A model generated the notes under the pieces. It was not told the origin of the DNA. It saw only the letters and a list, made by a program, of their open reading frames with translations, and searched no databases. Below are positions 1 to 11,006 of a DNA stretch of 64,000 nucleotides, piece by piece (position 1 is the stretch's first letter; every line of letters starts with the position of its first letter). Made by a program: the position numbers and the translations under genes. This DNA comes from Azolla caroliniana (Eukaryota > Plantae > Polypodiophyta). The DNA lies in contig JBHGNT010000010.1 of NCBI GenBank assembly GCA_043228905.1, forward strand, positions 12,214,001 to 12,278,000, given 5' to 3'.

Positions 1-29
1 TGAACCTCAAGTACCGGGACGACGAGAAT

Positions 30-3000
30 ATGGTGGAACACGTGAGCACGTTCATGGGATTCGTGAACCAGCTTGCGGCGATCAAGTTCCCGTTGGAGGA
101 TGCAATGCAAGCCATCATTCTGATGTGTACATTGCCGGAAAGCTGGGAGAACTTGGTGGTGACTCTCAGCACCTCCTGCACCGAAGATAACTTGTCTCTA
201 CAAACGGTAAAGACAAGTATTCTAAATGAAGAAGTGCGTCGGAGAGATAAAGAACCGGCCTCCGACTCGAAGGCGCTGCTTACCGAATCGGAACGGGGAA
301 GACAATGGAACCGGAGTCCGCAAAGACGGGAGAAGTCGGGGACCCGGTCGCAGTCAAGAGGAAGGCCCACATGCTTCCACTGTGGGAAGCCGGGGCACTT
401 CCGGAAGAATTGTCGGCATTACCGAAAGGACAACGGAGCCGACGACACCGATACGAAGAAGTCACCGGAGAGAAACGGTGCATACCGGGGAGCCACGGAC
501 CGAAGAGGTCCGGATCGGCGAGGGCAGGACCGGAAAGGAACGACGGCACTCGCGGCAAGTGAAGAAGAGATAATGCTCATTACCGAAGAGAGGGAGCTGA
601 ACCTTGTCGGTGTAGAGATGACCTGGGTGGTCGATTCCGGAGCATCGTTCCACCTGACCCCGGAGAGAAGATACTTCTCATCCTACATAGCCGGTGAGCA
701 TGGCTGTGTTCGGATGGGAAATGAAGGTACGTGCCGGATTGCCGGCATAGGAGACGTGTGGTTGACAACCCCGACCGGATGCAAAATGCTGCTGAAGGAT
801 GTCCGACACGTTCCGGAGGTTCGTTTGAACCTGATCTCGGCCGGGAGGCTAGATGATGAAGGCTACACGGGTAGCATCCGGAACGGTGTCATGAAGTTCA
901 GCAAGGGGAGCCTGATAGTGGCTCGGGCCCGGAAGGTCAACACACTGTACCTGATGAATTCCCGGCTATGTCCGGAGGAGCTGAACATGGCAGCCGACAC
1001 TGCCGGTGAGCTGTGGCACAAGAGACTGTGCCACATGAGTGAGAAGGGGATGAAGAGGCTTGCAGAAGACAACCTTATTCCAGTGAAGCATGTGCACCTG
1101 GAGAAGTGCACCGATTGCCTTGCCGGTAAGCAGAACCGAACCTTCTTCCACTCAAGGCCACCGACGAGACGTAGCGCACCATTGGAGTTTGTGCATACTG
1201 ATGTGTGTCAGGTAGAAACGAAGTCACACGGCGGAGCCCAGTACTTCGTGACATTCATTGATGATCACAGCCGGAAGCTGTGGACAGCACCGTTGAAGAC
1301 AAAGGACCAAGTATTGTCCGTCTTCAAAGAACTCCACGCGAGAGTGGAAAGGGAATCCGGCAAGAAGCTGAAAGCGATACGAGCGGATAACGGAGGGGAA
1401 TACCGGGGGCAGTTCCAGGAGTACTGTCGCTCGAAGGGAATCCGGCTCGAGTTTACTGTGCCGAAGACGCCGGAACTGAACGGGCTGGCCGAGAGGATGA
1501 ACCGGACCATAATGGAGAGGGTCCGGAGTATGCTGGCGCATGCAAAATTACCCAAGGGGTTTTGGGCTGAGGCAATGTCGACGGCGACATACGTGATAAA
1601 CAGATCACCCTCAGTACCTTTGGACGGAGACACGCCGCAGAAAGTGTGGACCGGTAAGGAAGTGTCCTACCGGCATCTGAAGGTGTTCGGGTGTCTCGCA
1701 TACGTGCATGTGGCAAAGGACCGGAGAGGAAAATTAGATCCAAAGACCCGGCCATGCATATTCCTCGGTTACGGCGACGACGAGTTCGGCTACCGAGTAT
1801 GGGACCCGGTCGACAAGAAGATATTCAGGAGTCGAGACATCATCTTCATGGAGGACAAGACACTCGCCGACTTGGAGTCGGAGAAGAAGATGAAGAGCTC
1901 CAAGTCGACCGGTGAGGATCAACTCTACGAGGAGCAGTCCCGACCGGCAAGGGACCGGTTAGCACTCGAGGATCCGGCCGAAGACGGTGAAGAAACAGAA
2001 CCGGCCGAAGAAGATGAAAATGATACCGGAACCGGCCCCGATCCCGAAATGGATTCGGATGAAGAAGAATCGGAAGAACCGGTTACCGAAGCTCCGGAAC
2101 GGAGATATCCTCTAAGAGAGAGAAGGGCCCCCCGGAGATTTCCGGAACCAGAGCACGTGCTGCTAACCGACGAGGGGGAACCGGAGAGCTTTGAAGAAGC
2201 AAAGCTTGACACCCATAGCCGCAGGTGGTTAAGTGCCATGCAGGAGGAGATGGATTCCCTGCATGAGAACCACACATATGAACTTGTGGAGTTGCCGAAG
2301 GGAAAGCGGGCACTTCGGAACAAGTGGGTGTTCAAGCTGAAACCGGGAGATGCCGGAAAACCCCCGAGATACAAAGCCAGGATCGTGGTGAAGGGGTTCC
2401 AGCAGAAGAAGGGCGTCGATTTCGACGAAATATTTGCCCCGGTAGTGAAGATGACCTCCATCCGGACGGTGCTGAGCATAGCGGCAAGCATGGACCTCGA
2501 GGTAGAACAGATGGACGTGAAGACGGCATTCCTTCACGGTGACCTCGAAGAAGAGATCTACATGCAGCAACCGGAAGGATTCGAGAAGAAAGGGAAGGAG
2601 CACCTGGTATGCCGGTTGAAGAAGAGCCTTTACGGACTGAAGCAGGCTCCCCGGCAATGGTACCGGAAGTTCGACTCCTTCATGACCGACGAAGGGTACC
2701 ACAAAACGCAGTCCGATCACTGCGTGTTTGTGAAGAAGTTCGAAGGAGGAGACTTTCTAATACTCCTCCTATACGTGGACTACATGTTGATCGTCGGACG
2801 GGACCAGGTCAAGATACGGACGCTGAAGAAAGCGCTTCACCGAACCTTCTCAATGAAGGACCTGGGTCCGGCGAGGCAAATACTAGGGATGCACATCATC
2901 CGGGACCGGAAGAAGAAGCAGTTGTGGCTGTCACAGGAGAAGTACGTGACAAAGGTGCTTTACCGGTTCAACATGTCGGAAGCAAGACCGGTCGGGTCAA

Positions 3001-3749
3001 CCCTCCCGGCAAACTGCAAGTTGTCCAGCAAGCAAAGCCCCAAGACAAAGGCTGAGAAGGAGGACATGATGAAAGTACCATATGCCTCTGCTGTCGGAAG
3101 CTTGATGTACGCAATGGTGTGTACAAGACCGGACATAGGATATGCAGTTGGAGTGGTGAGCCGGTACATGAGCAATCCCGGCAAAGAGCACTGGAACGCG
3201 GTCAAGTGGATACTCCGATACCTGAAGGGCACGGCAAACATGTGCCTCCGATTCGGCTCCGGTAAGGCCGAACTCGACGGCTTTACCGATTCTGATATGT
3301 CGGCTGATGCAGATACCAGCCGGTCCACATCAGGGTATGTGATGACGTATGCAGGGGGAGCTGTTTCGTGGCAGTCGAGGCTGCAGAAGACGGTTGCGTT
3401 GTCAACCACGGAGGCGGAGTACATGGCGGCTGTTGAAGCCGGCAAGGAAATAATATGGATGAAGGACTTCATTAGAGAGCTCGGTATCCAGCAGGAGGAG
3501 TACCGACTCTACTGCGACAGTCAGAGTGCCATCCACCTTGCGAAGAACGCGGCTTATCACTCCCGGATGAAGCACATCCAGCGAAGATATCACTGGATCC
3601 GGGAAAGGATAGAAGACAAGGAGTTCGTGCTGACGAAGGTCCACACGGACGAGAACGGGTCGGATATGCTGACCAAGGTGCTCACACCCGACAAGCTGGA
3701 AGCATGCCGGAAGAGGATCGGATTAGAGAGACATCCCATGCCGAAGTGA
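30..3749 (+). CDS. Copia gag-pol polyprotein; frame open to the window edge; RT motif mutated to YVDY
   Basis: Zn knuckle CFHCGKPGHFRKNC, protease WVVDSGAS, LWHKRLCH..CTDC, integrase HTDVC/ADNGGEY/GLAERMNRT, RT QMDVKTAFLHG and LYVDY, RNase H ALSTTEAEY/YCDSQSA. Confidence 0.95.
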   Translation: MVEHVSTFMGFVNQLAAIKFPLEDAMQAIILMCTLPESWENLVVTLSTSCTEDNLSLQTVKTSILNEEVRRRDKEPASDSKALLTESERGRQWNRSPQRREKSGTRSQSRGRPTCFHCGKPGHFRKNCRHYRKDNGADDTDTKKSPERNGAYRGATDRRGPDRRGQDRKGTTALAASEEEIMLITEERELNLVGVEMTWVVDSGASFHLTPERRYFSSYIAGEHGCVRMGNEGTCRIAGIGDVWLTTPTGCKMLLKDVRHVPEVRLNLISAGRLDDEGYTGSIRNGVMKFSKGSLIVARARKVNTLYLMNSRLCPEELNMAADTAGELWHKRLCHMSEKGMKRLAEDNLIPVKHVHLEKCTDCLAGKQNRTFFHSRPPTRRSAPLEFVHTDVCQVETKSHGGAQYFVTFIDDHSRKLWTAPLKTKDQVLSVFKELHARVERESGKKLKAIRADNGGEYRGQFQEYCRSKGIRLEFTVPKTPELNGLAERMNRTIMERVRSMLAHAKLPKGFWAEAMSTATYVINRSPSVPLDGDTPQKVWTGKEVSYRHLKVFGCLAYVHVAKDRRGKLDPKTRPCIFLGYGDDEFGYRVWDPVDKKIFRSRDIIFMEDKTLADLESEKKMKSSKSTGEDQLYEEQSRPARDRLALEDPAEDGEETEPAEEDENDTGTGPDPEMDSDEEESEEPVTEAPERRYPLRERRAPRRFPEPEHVLLTDEGEPESFEEAKLDTHSRRWLSAMQEEMDSLHENHTYELVELPKGKRALRNKWVFKLKPGDAGKPPRYKARIVVKGFQQKKGVDFDEIFAPVVKMTSIRTVLSIAASMDLEVEQMDVKTAFLHGDLEEEIYMQQPEGFEKKGKEHLVCRLKKSLYGLKQAPRQWYRKFDSFMTDEGYHKTQSDHCVFVKKFEGGDFLILLLYVDYMLIVGRDQVKIRTLKKALHRTFSMKDLGPARQILGMHIIRDRKKKQLWLSQEKYVTKVLYRFNMSEARPVGSTLPANCKLSSKQSPKTKAEKEDMMKVPYASAVGSLMYAMVCTRPDIGYAVGVVSRYMSNPGKEHWNAVKWILRYLKGTANMCLRFGSGKAELDGFTDSDMSADADTSRSTSGYVMTYAGGAVSWQSRLQKTVALSTTEAEYMAAVEAGKEIIWMKDFIRELGIQQEEYRLYCDSQSAIHLAKNAAYHSRMKHIQRRYHWIRERIEDKEFVLTKVHTDENGSDMLTKVLTPDKLEACRKRIGLERHPMPK

Positions 3750-3759
3750 AGGGGGAGTT

Positions 3760-4405
3760 TGTTGGGATTTCGGTCCCTCCGGATGGGATGTCCGGAGATG
3801 AATGACGGCAAGCCCGGTTGCGGTTACGGAACCGGAGGATGAAGAGTACCCGGCTACGGATCCGGATGATGAAGACCCCGGCTACGGAGCCGGATGATGA
3901 AGACCCCGGCTACGGAGCCGGATGACGAATGTACCCGGAGAGAGATCCGGATGCGGGGACATATTTGTGAATATGTTTGCCAAGGGCCCTTGAGGCTATA
4001 TTTGTAAATAGCCCGAAAGTCATATGTGTATAAATATGACTTAGGGCAAACAGTTTAGTGTTGCTACTTATTTTTTCTGTTTTTCCCACTCAAGAGGAGT
4101 GAAAAGAGAGCAGCCGTGAGAGAGAGAGAGAGAGAGATACGAAGAGGTCGTTGCCTCTGTGTATTACCGCCGCCTGTGGCGAAGACAGTGAGCTCAAGGT
4201 TGTTGCCTTGTAGCTTCACCATTGTACATCTCTGTTTATAGTGATAGTTGGAGTTTGAGGACTCCCGTGGTTTTTCCCATTTAGGGTTTTCCACGTAAAA
4301 CATCCTGTGTACTCTTCTCTCTATTATCTTTGTGCATCTTGTATTTCCTGTTTTCTGTGAGTTAATCCTATTCCTCGGTTGTGGCCGAGCACTGGTTTTA
4401 CAACA
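3760..4405 (+). repeat. 3' LTR of copia A1
   Basis: Follows the PPT, TGTTG..CAACA termini, TATAAAT at ~4029; similar to LTRs at 18315, 28886 and 58779. Confidence 0.9.
3849..3925 (+). repeat. ~29-bp tandem repeat x3 in LTR U3
   Basis: cccggctacgga(t/g)ccggatgatgaagacc repeated. Confidence 0.85.
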
Positions 4406-5058
4406 CTTTCCTATCCACACCCTTTGTGGGACATCACCTTTCAGTGGTACAGAAGGGGACCTGTTCATCATGTAAACCGATGTGTACATAGCCTGAACCC
4501 AATATGATTTCGGCAGTTTAGCATGAGAGAACATGCTCCTTACTCTCTCCATGATTGTTCGATTCATCCTCTCTACAAGCTTGTTCAACTCAGGGTTCTT
4601 TGGTACAGTGTATTCGATTTGAATACCGTGGGCCTTACAGTATTCCTCAAACTCCGCTTTATATTTTCCACCATTGTCGGTTCGGATAGCCTTCAGCTTC
4701 CGACCTAACTCCCGTTCAGCCCTTGCATGGAAATCCTTGAAGAATGATAGTACTTGATCCTTTGACTTTAGTATGAAAGCCCATGTCCTCCGACTATAGT
4801 TGTCAATGAACATCACAAAGTACTTTCCACCTTGATGCGTTGGAGCATGTACATAGCACACATCGGTGTGCACTAGTTCCAGCAGAGCTTCTCTTCTCCT
4901 TGGTGGTCTCGTGTGGAATGTTGCTCTATTCTGCTTACCAACTAAGTAGTCAAAACACTTCTCCAGGTGCACTCCCTTGACTTTTGGTAGAAGCTTCTGG
5001 TCTGTCAGCAATGCATTCCTTTCTCACTCATGTGCATTCCTTTCTCACTCATGTGGCC
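4406..5058 (-). pseudogene. Tork-like copia integrase fragment, the host of the A1 insertion
   Basis: HMSEKGM..LEKC..LELVHTDVC..IRTDNGGKY..VERMNRTIMERVRSM..PQRVWIGK, cut at the A1 LTR end. Confidence 0.85.
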
Positions 5059-5613
5059 AGCTTTGAAGGTTCCGGAAACACTCGAAGACTTCGCTCTTCC
5101 TCTCGATGAGGTAGATCCACGTGTGTTGGTTGTAGTCATCAATGAAGGAGACAAAATACCACCTCCCGCCAAGACTAACGTTTTGTGCCAGTCCCCATAC
5201 ATCCGAATGTATTAAATCAAGCTTGTTATGGCTCCGGTTCCGTTCGGTGGGGAATGGAAGCCAGTGTTGCTTCTCAAGTTGGCAAGCTTCACATATTTGG
5301 GCCTTCTGGCCACTGAATTTCGACAATACAAACACAACTTGTTTCAATTGCAGGTCTTGAAGCCTCTGGTAATTGACATGGCCCATCCGCTTGTGCCAGA
5401 GATCGATGTCCGATTCAATCTTCTGTCCTTTGGCAAACATGGCGGTGCCGACGTCATTGGTGTTTAGGATGAACATCCTCCCTTCTTTGTGCCCTTGTGC
5501 AATTATCTGGCCTTCTTCATTGATGAAGCACCCTAGGTGCGTAAACCGCACCTGCATCCCCTGGTTGACGATTTGTCCAACCGACACCAGGTTCTTTGTG
5601 ATAGTCCGAACAT

Positions 5614-6060
5614 TATCGTGAAGAATTTCGGCCAGAGCCGGAAACCGGGAAACATTGGCTACATCGGCGGGGTGCAACATATGTACGCACCCATGTACAT
5701 TTAGTGTGAATAACGAGGGCGCCTTTATGGCGCCGAAGAGTAGTCAAGTCAGGACAGACGGTCCCATGTAAGCCAGGGTTTATCCCACATTGTAACGCAT
5801 CCCTGTCCTTGTTCTATAAAAGGAAGGGAACGCCCTTTGTGAAAGGGTTGCCCATTTTGCATTAGAGGGTATACCGTTAGGTTTAGAGTTAGCTTCTTCT
5901 TCTTCTTCTCCCCCTTCGTGTTCGCTTAGGGTTTGCTTCAGCTCATCTCCTGCGCAAGACCCCGCTCGGTGCGACGAGCCCGTGAGCTCCCCGACCGGCG
6001 GCTTGGCAGCTGACGACTACTGTAACCTACCCCGGTCCGGCTCGACGCCGGGATGTTAAA

Positions 6061-6117
<57 letters not shown>

Positions 6118-6244
6118 GTTGCTTCCGGTGTGCTTCTAGGATGCCCCGGAGATGGTGAAGCGCGACTTCCTACGCTCCATCACTCCCTAGTCCAAGACCC
6201 CCGTGGTCCCGCCTTTCTCCACGCACGCGCGTAACAACGCGACA
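5614..6244 (+). repeat. 5' LTR of W1 (lacks ~160 bp present in the 3' LTR; contains (CT)n)
   Basis: Near-identical to 9132-9910 apart from the segment ~9571-9732. Confidence 0.9.
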
Positions 6245-6248
6245 TCTT

Positions 6249-6265
6249 TGGTGAACCCGACGTGA
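6249..6265 (+). promoter_or_regulatory. Primer-binding site complementary to the tRNA-Trp 3' end
   Basis: TGGTGAACCCGACGTGA is the reverse complement of TCACGTCGGGTTCA-CCA; it starts 4 nt after the LTR. Confidence 0.85.
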
Positions 6266-6281
6266 AAGGCGGCAAGGGAGG

Positions 6282-7319
6282 ATGGAGTCGGAAGACGACG
6301 ACCTCGCGGAGATGGTGGCCAAAGTGGTGTTGGAGTCAGCACGAGTGGTGATGAGGCGAGAAGCAGCGCAACAAGCGGTTGAGCGAGTGGTCGAAAGAGT
6401 CGGTCGTTTCAGCGGGGACAAAGTCCCATCTTACTTGGAAGCCTACAACGCGGAAATGGAGGAGCGTGGCGTAGACGAGGCGTTGAGGCTGGAGTTCTTC
6501 TGTCGGGTCGTGGCTGTCCGGATACATGCGGAAATAAAGGAGCTCCGTGAGGCTCATAGTTCGTGGGAGGCCTTCGAAGAGGCGCTCCTGAAGGCATACA
6601 GAGGACGGCGGAAGAGCCGGGGACAGCACGACTTCGACCAATGGGTAGCAACGGCAAAGACCCACCGGGGTGCAACGTAGGCGTTCCGAGAGTTCGAGCA
6701 ACGGCTTGCTCGGCTCCCGGAGCGGGAACAAGGTTTGGTGGGGGCGGACAAAGTCCTTTTGTTCGTCAGGTCGATCGACCGAGCGGAACGGGAAGCCATC
6801 GGGATTGAGCTCGAAGACGATGATGGAGCGAATGGGCTTACGGAGGACTGGTCGAAGGTTGGAAGGGCGTGCCAACGGCTAGACAACGAGCGAGCCGAGA
6901 AGGCTAAGAGGAAGGTACGCGACGGCGTGCCATCATAGCGGGAAGAGGCCGAACGGCAAAGAGAGTCAGCAAGGGTCGGCGTTGGGGCCAGGATTGCGGA
7001 GGCATACGTAGCTCTCGAGGCGATGCTCGAGAAAGAGGAAAGACGGAGGCCGCAAGCCGAGACTGAGAAGACGGACTTGCCCCACGCGACGGTGGAAGAT
7101 CGGTACCACGGTACCACGGGAGAGGGTGCGGAACGAAACGCCCTCTCGACTTGCGGAGAAAGAACGGCCAAGGACGAGGCCAAGATACAGATCGCGGAAC
7201 CGGAACGTTGGGACCAGCGGTTTCGGGCGTGTCAGCTCGAGATCCCGGTCATTGGAGAAGCAAGCCCAGACGGGGCTTGCGCGATCGGTAAGAAGACGAC
7301 CGCCGACCACGAAGAGTAG
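6282..7319 (+). pseudogene. gag-like ORF of W1 with in-frame stops
   Basis: RFSGDKVPSYLEAYNAEM..SWEAFEEALLKAY..FDQWV..VGADKVLLFVRSID..AIGIELEDDDGANGLTEDW; homologous to the ORF at 12765-14276. Confidence 0.75.
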
Positions 7320-9131
7320 GTGGCTACAGACAAGGGCGTAAAACGGACGGGCGATTCTTTGTGTCTTCCCACACTTGCTCCCGAGACGATAGCAGTCGGG
7401 CCCGAGTGCCCACGTGAGTCCCAAGCGGAGGAAGGCGGCGGCGAAAGGCCAAGAATCACTAGCGAGACGATACGGGGAAGGAGCGGACGAAAGACCACGG
7501 ACCCGATTCCGGAGAACTCGGCATTCAGGCCCGTATGCCCATATAAGACTGAGGAGATGGATGGCGGTACCGAGGAGTCCTGGCACGATGCCAGCGAAGA
7601 CGGGTGGGAAACGGCCTGCGAGCAGGCCGGGGACGGAAGAGGCATGAGAAGATCGGCATTCCGATTCGGATGGAGCAGAATCCGGTCGTGGATCGTTCGA
7701 TCGAGGCTAGATTCGGCATAAAGGTGCCGATACAGGAGAGGGTGCGGGACCAGCCACCCTCTTTTACATGGGGTGAAAGACCGACCGGGCGAAGGTTGGT
7801 GGCAACATGAGACCGAGAGAGAAGGTTGGTGGCGGCAGGAAACGGGACCCGACTACGCGGAAGACACGAGGAGAATCCGGGAGGGACTCAAACAAAAGAC
7901 ACCCAAATTTCGGCAAGCATAGAAACGGAGTCCGTTCCTATGGGACCCTCACACCGATCCGAAGACTTCAGCTGATCGGCCAACGTGGCAACGTAAGACC
8001 GATGGAGAAGGACGATGGCGGCAGGGAACAGGACCCGACGACACGGGGTATCGGAAGGAGCCGGTAGGGGCAAACACGGGGAGGTGTGTCAGGCCGGAAA
8101 GGCACACCTAGGACAGAACAAGGGTCTCGCAAGTGGCCATCGCGGGCCGGATCGAAGCGTGACTACGGGACAGTGTTCGGCACGGGCGGGGCCGAACGAA
8201 GGAAGCGGAAGACGGCAAAAAGGAGGTGCCGGGAACGAGGTGACAAGTGCCTAGTGGACTGCACAGGGTCGAAGTCAGGGGATGGCAAGAGAGGCCGGAG
8301 GAGGATCCTGCACACTCGCTTCGTAGATCTCGGTAGCTCCGTCGAAGTAGCGAAGGCTGACACGGCAAGCCGGGATGACAAGCTGGTGGGGGCGAGGGGA
8401 CGACGGCAAACGGAAGACTCAGGACCTGTTGCAGCAGCACGAAGACGGAAAGGGCCATGCGGGCTACTACGAGGTGTTCCTCGGATGCAAAGGACGTCGG
8501 TATGCGGGTGGGCGGCGATGCACGATCTGGCCAGAAAGGGGGCCGACAAGGAGTGCAACACAGGCAGTGCCAAACAACGGACGAGGGTATGTGGCACACG
8601 GAGGTGCCGGAGCGGAAAGGTGAGCGCGGAGATAGGTTGCGCGGTTCGGAGGTAGCGCGGAGAAGGCAAGAAAGGGATCCTCCACACCGTTTCGGAGACC
8701 ATGGCGGTTCGAGCCGACGCGGCGATGTAAGACCATGGAGAAGGAAGGTGGCGGCAAGAGGACGAGGGCAACGCGAAACGACATGGGACGGCAATCAAGA
8801 CGGTGCGAATGATCAACGGAGGCCAAGCGGGCCACTACGGGCATGCCTCAAGCGGAGGACATTGGGCCTACGGCGGGAAGCGGGGCGTTCATACGGCCGA
8901 ACAAGGGCCAACGGAAGTACGCGTACTACGGAGATCGCGGCAGAGGACCCATCGACGGGTCGAACGAGCCTACGGGGAGGCGAGCGCGAAGGAAGAATCG
9001 AAGCCGACGGATCAAACCGGCAGCGAGCCGGGATGCGGATCACGGAAGACCGGTTTCTCACCAGCCGAAATCTCTCACCCTTCAACCAGACTTGGCACAT
9101 ACCGGTGGATGTGCGGTTAGGTGGGGGCGGA

Positions 9132-9738
9132 TGTCGTGAAGAATTTCGGCCAGAGGCGGAAACCGGGAAACATTGGCTACATTGGCGGGGTGCAGCGTGT
9201 GTACGCACCCATGTACATTTAGTGTGAATAACGAGGGCGCCTTTATGGCGCCGAAGAGTAGTCAAGTCAGGACAGACGGTCCCATGTAAGCTGGGGTTTA
9301 TCCCACATTGTAACGCATCCCTGTCCTTGTTCTATAAAAGGAAGGGAACGCCCTTTGTGAAAGGGTTACCCATTTTGCATTAGAGGGTATACCGTTAGGT
9401 TTAGAGTTAGCTTCTTCTTCTTCTTCTCCCCCTTCGTGTTCGCTTAGGGTTTGCTTCAGCTCATCTCCTGCGCAAGACCCCGCTCGGCGCGACGAGCCCG
9501 TGAGCTCCCCGACCGGCGGCTTGGCAGCTGACGACTATTGTAACCTACCCCAGTCCGGCTCGAACCGGGAATTTATTCTTCCTTTTTATATATATATATA
9601 TACGTTTGCGTCTGTCTGTGTATATTCGCGTCTTCGTTGGTGTCGGGTGCTTCCCCCTTTCTGCATTTCCTGTACTTAAGGGTGTGGGTCGGGTTGGCAT
9701 GTGTGTGTGTGAGTGTGTGTGCGTGAGTCGGTGTTAAA

Positions 9739-9783
<45 letters not shown>

Positions 9784-9910
9784 GTTGCTTCCGGTGTGCT
9801 TCTGGGATGCCCCGGAGACGGTGAAGCGCGACTTCCTACGCTCCATCACTCCCTAGTCCAAGACCCCCGTGGTCCCGCCTTTCTCCACGCACGCGCGTAA
9901 CAACGCGACA
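9132..9910 (+). repeat. 3' LTR of W1
   Basis: TGTCG..CGACA directly after the PPT; contains (TA)n, (GT)n and (CT)n tracts. Confidence 0.92.
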
Positions 9911-11006
9911 ATGTGTAGTACGTTCATCAGCTTCCCCTTTTGTCCGACATGGCTTAAAGGGACTTCTCCGACATGCACAATCGGGTGAGGGGTGTCATCT
10001 CCGGTTTTGACAATCCCTAGTTCTTCCAGCTTCTCCAAAAAAGAGAACCACTCTTCATGGCTCGTCATGTGGTTGGATTCTCCGGAATAAACGTACCATA
10101 CTTCCTCCAATTTGGAAGTAGTCTTCTTCATCGAGTTAGCCTTGTGCTTCATCACGAAGGCTGGCCCTTTACCAGTTTTCCCAGTTCTGGATCCTTCCGA
10201 TCCTTCCACGTAGTGCGAGCGTTGCCGGTTCTCCCGACCGGTTTTGCCGGTTCCGGATTTGTCCAAATCGGCGCGCTTCTTCCATCATTCGCTTTCCTTG
10301 TGACCCTTTTTGCCACAGTACCAGCATTTTGTGTCGATCTTTCCTTACTGATTCCCGGCGCTGCTTTGACTCCCCCTGCTTGTGGAGGGTCCGAAACTGT
10401 TGTCGGTACCACCTCTGTGCCTTCGATCCTGCTCTTGCCGACCGCCTCCATTGCATGCCGACCCACCTCGTCCACCACGTCCATGGGGTCGATCTGTCTC
10501 CTTGACCCACTCGTGTGGTTTTCTTCGACCATCAACATCGATTGCAAGTCGAAGAAAGACGGTGGTTTCTCCCAGGTGCAGATCGCTGTCCCGATTGGCC
10601 TATACCTTTGCGTTAGACCACCAAGGCAAATTTGTACCATCTCGTCTTCGTCCACCGTCACGTTGATGGACCCAAGTGCGTCATAAATCTCCTTTATCTT
10701 GGTGGTGTAGTCCATAACCGACATGTCTCTTTGCCGGATGTTGTTCAACTCTTGCCGGAGTTGCAACTTACGGGCTATGGTACTCGCGGCAAAAATCTTT
10801 CCTAGATTTTCCCAGCCCTCCTTTGGTGTCTTTGCATCCTTGATGTAGCTGAGCATCTAGTCATGCACACAGGACACAAGGGAGTACAATACACGACTCG
10901 CTCCTTGCTCCCATACCAGGAAGTCCTTGTGTGACGGCTCAGGTGCTACTTCATTTGTTCCTTCCATGAAGCTCCAATATCCATACCCCAACAGGTACTA
11001 CTGCAT

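Larger units (their letters stand above)
1..4405 (+). mobile_element. Ty1/copia LTR retrotransposon A1 (Tork/Tnt1-Tto1-like); 5' end lies outside the window
   Basis: Continuous gag-PR-INT-RT-RH ORF, PPT GAAGGGGGAG at ~3748-3757, 3' LTR TGTTG(3760)...CAACA(4405). Confidence 0.95.
5614..9910 (+). mobile_element. Non-autonomous gypsy-like LTR element W1: tRNA-Trp PBS, gag-only, 4-bp TSD
   Basis: LTRs 5614-6244 and 9132-9910 (T[A/G]TCG..CGACA), PBS TGGTGAACCCGACGTGA, PPT GGTGGGGGCGGA, flanks ACAT/ATGT. No RT or INT motifs seen in the GC-rich interior. Confidence 0.9.

Noticed and set aside
4064-4405. C-terminal extension of the 315-aa integrase ORF
   Set aside because: Read-through into the antisense strand of the inserted A1 LTR.
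7320-9265. Many overlapping 100-250 aa ORFs on both strands
   Set aside because: Expected in the GC-rich, stop-poor interior of W1; no recognisable domains.
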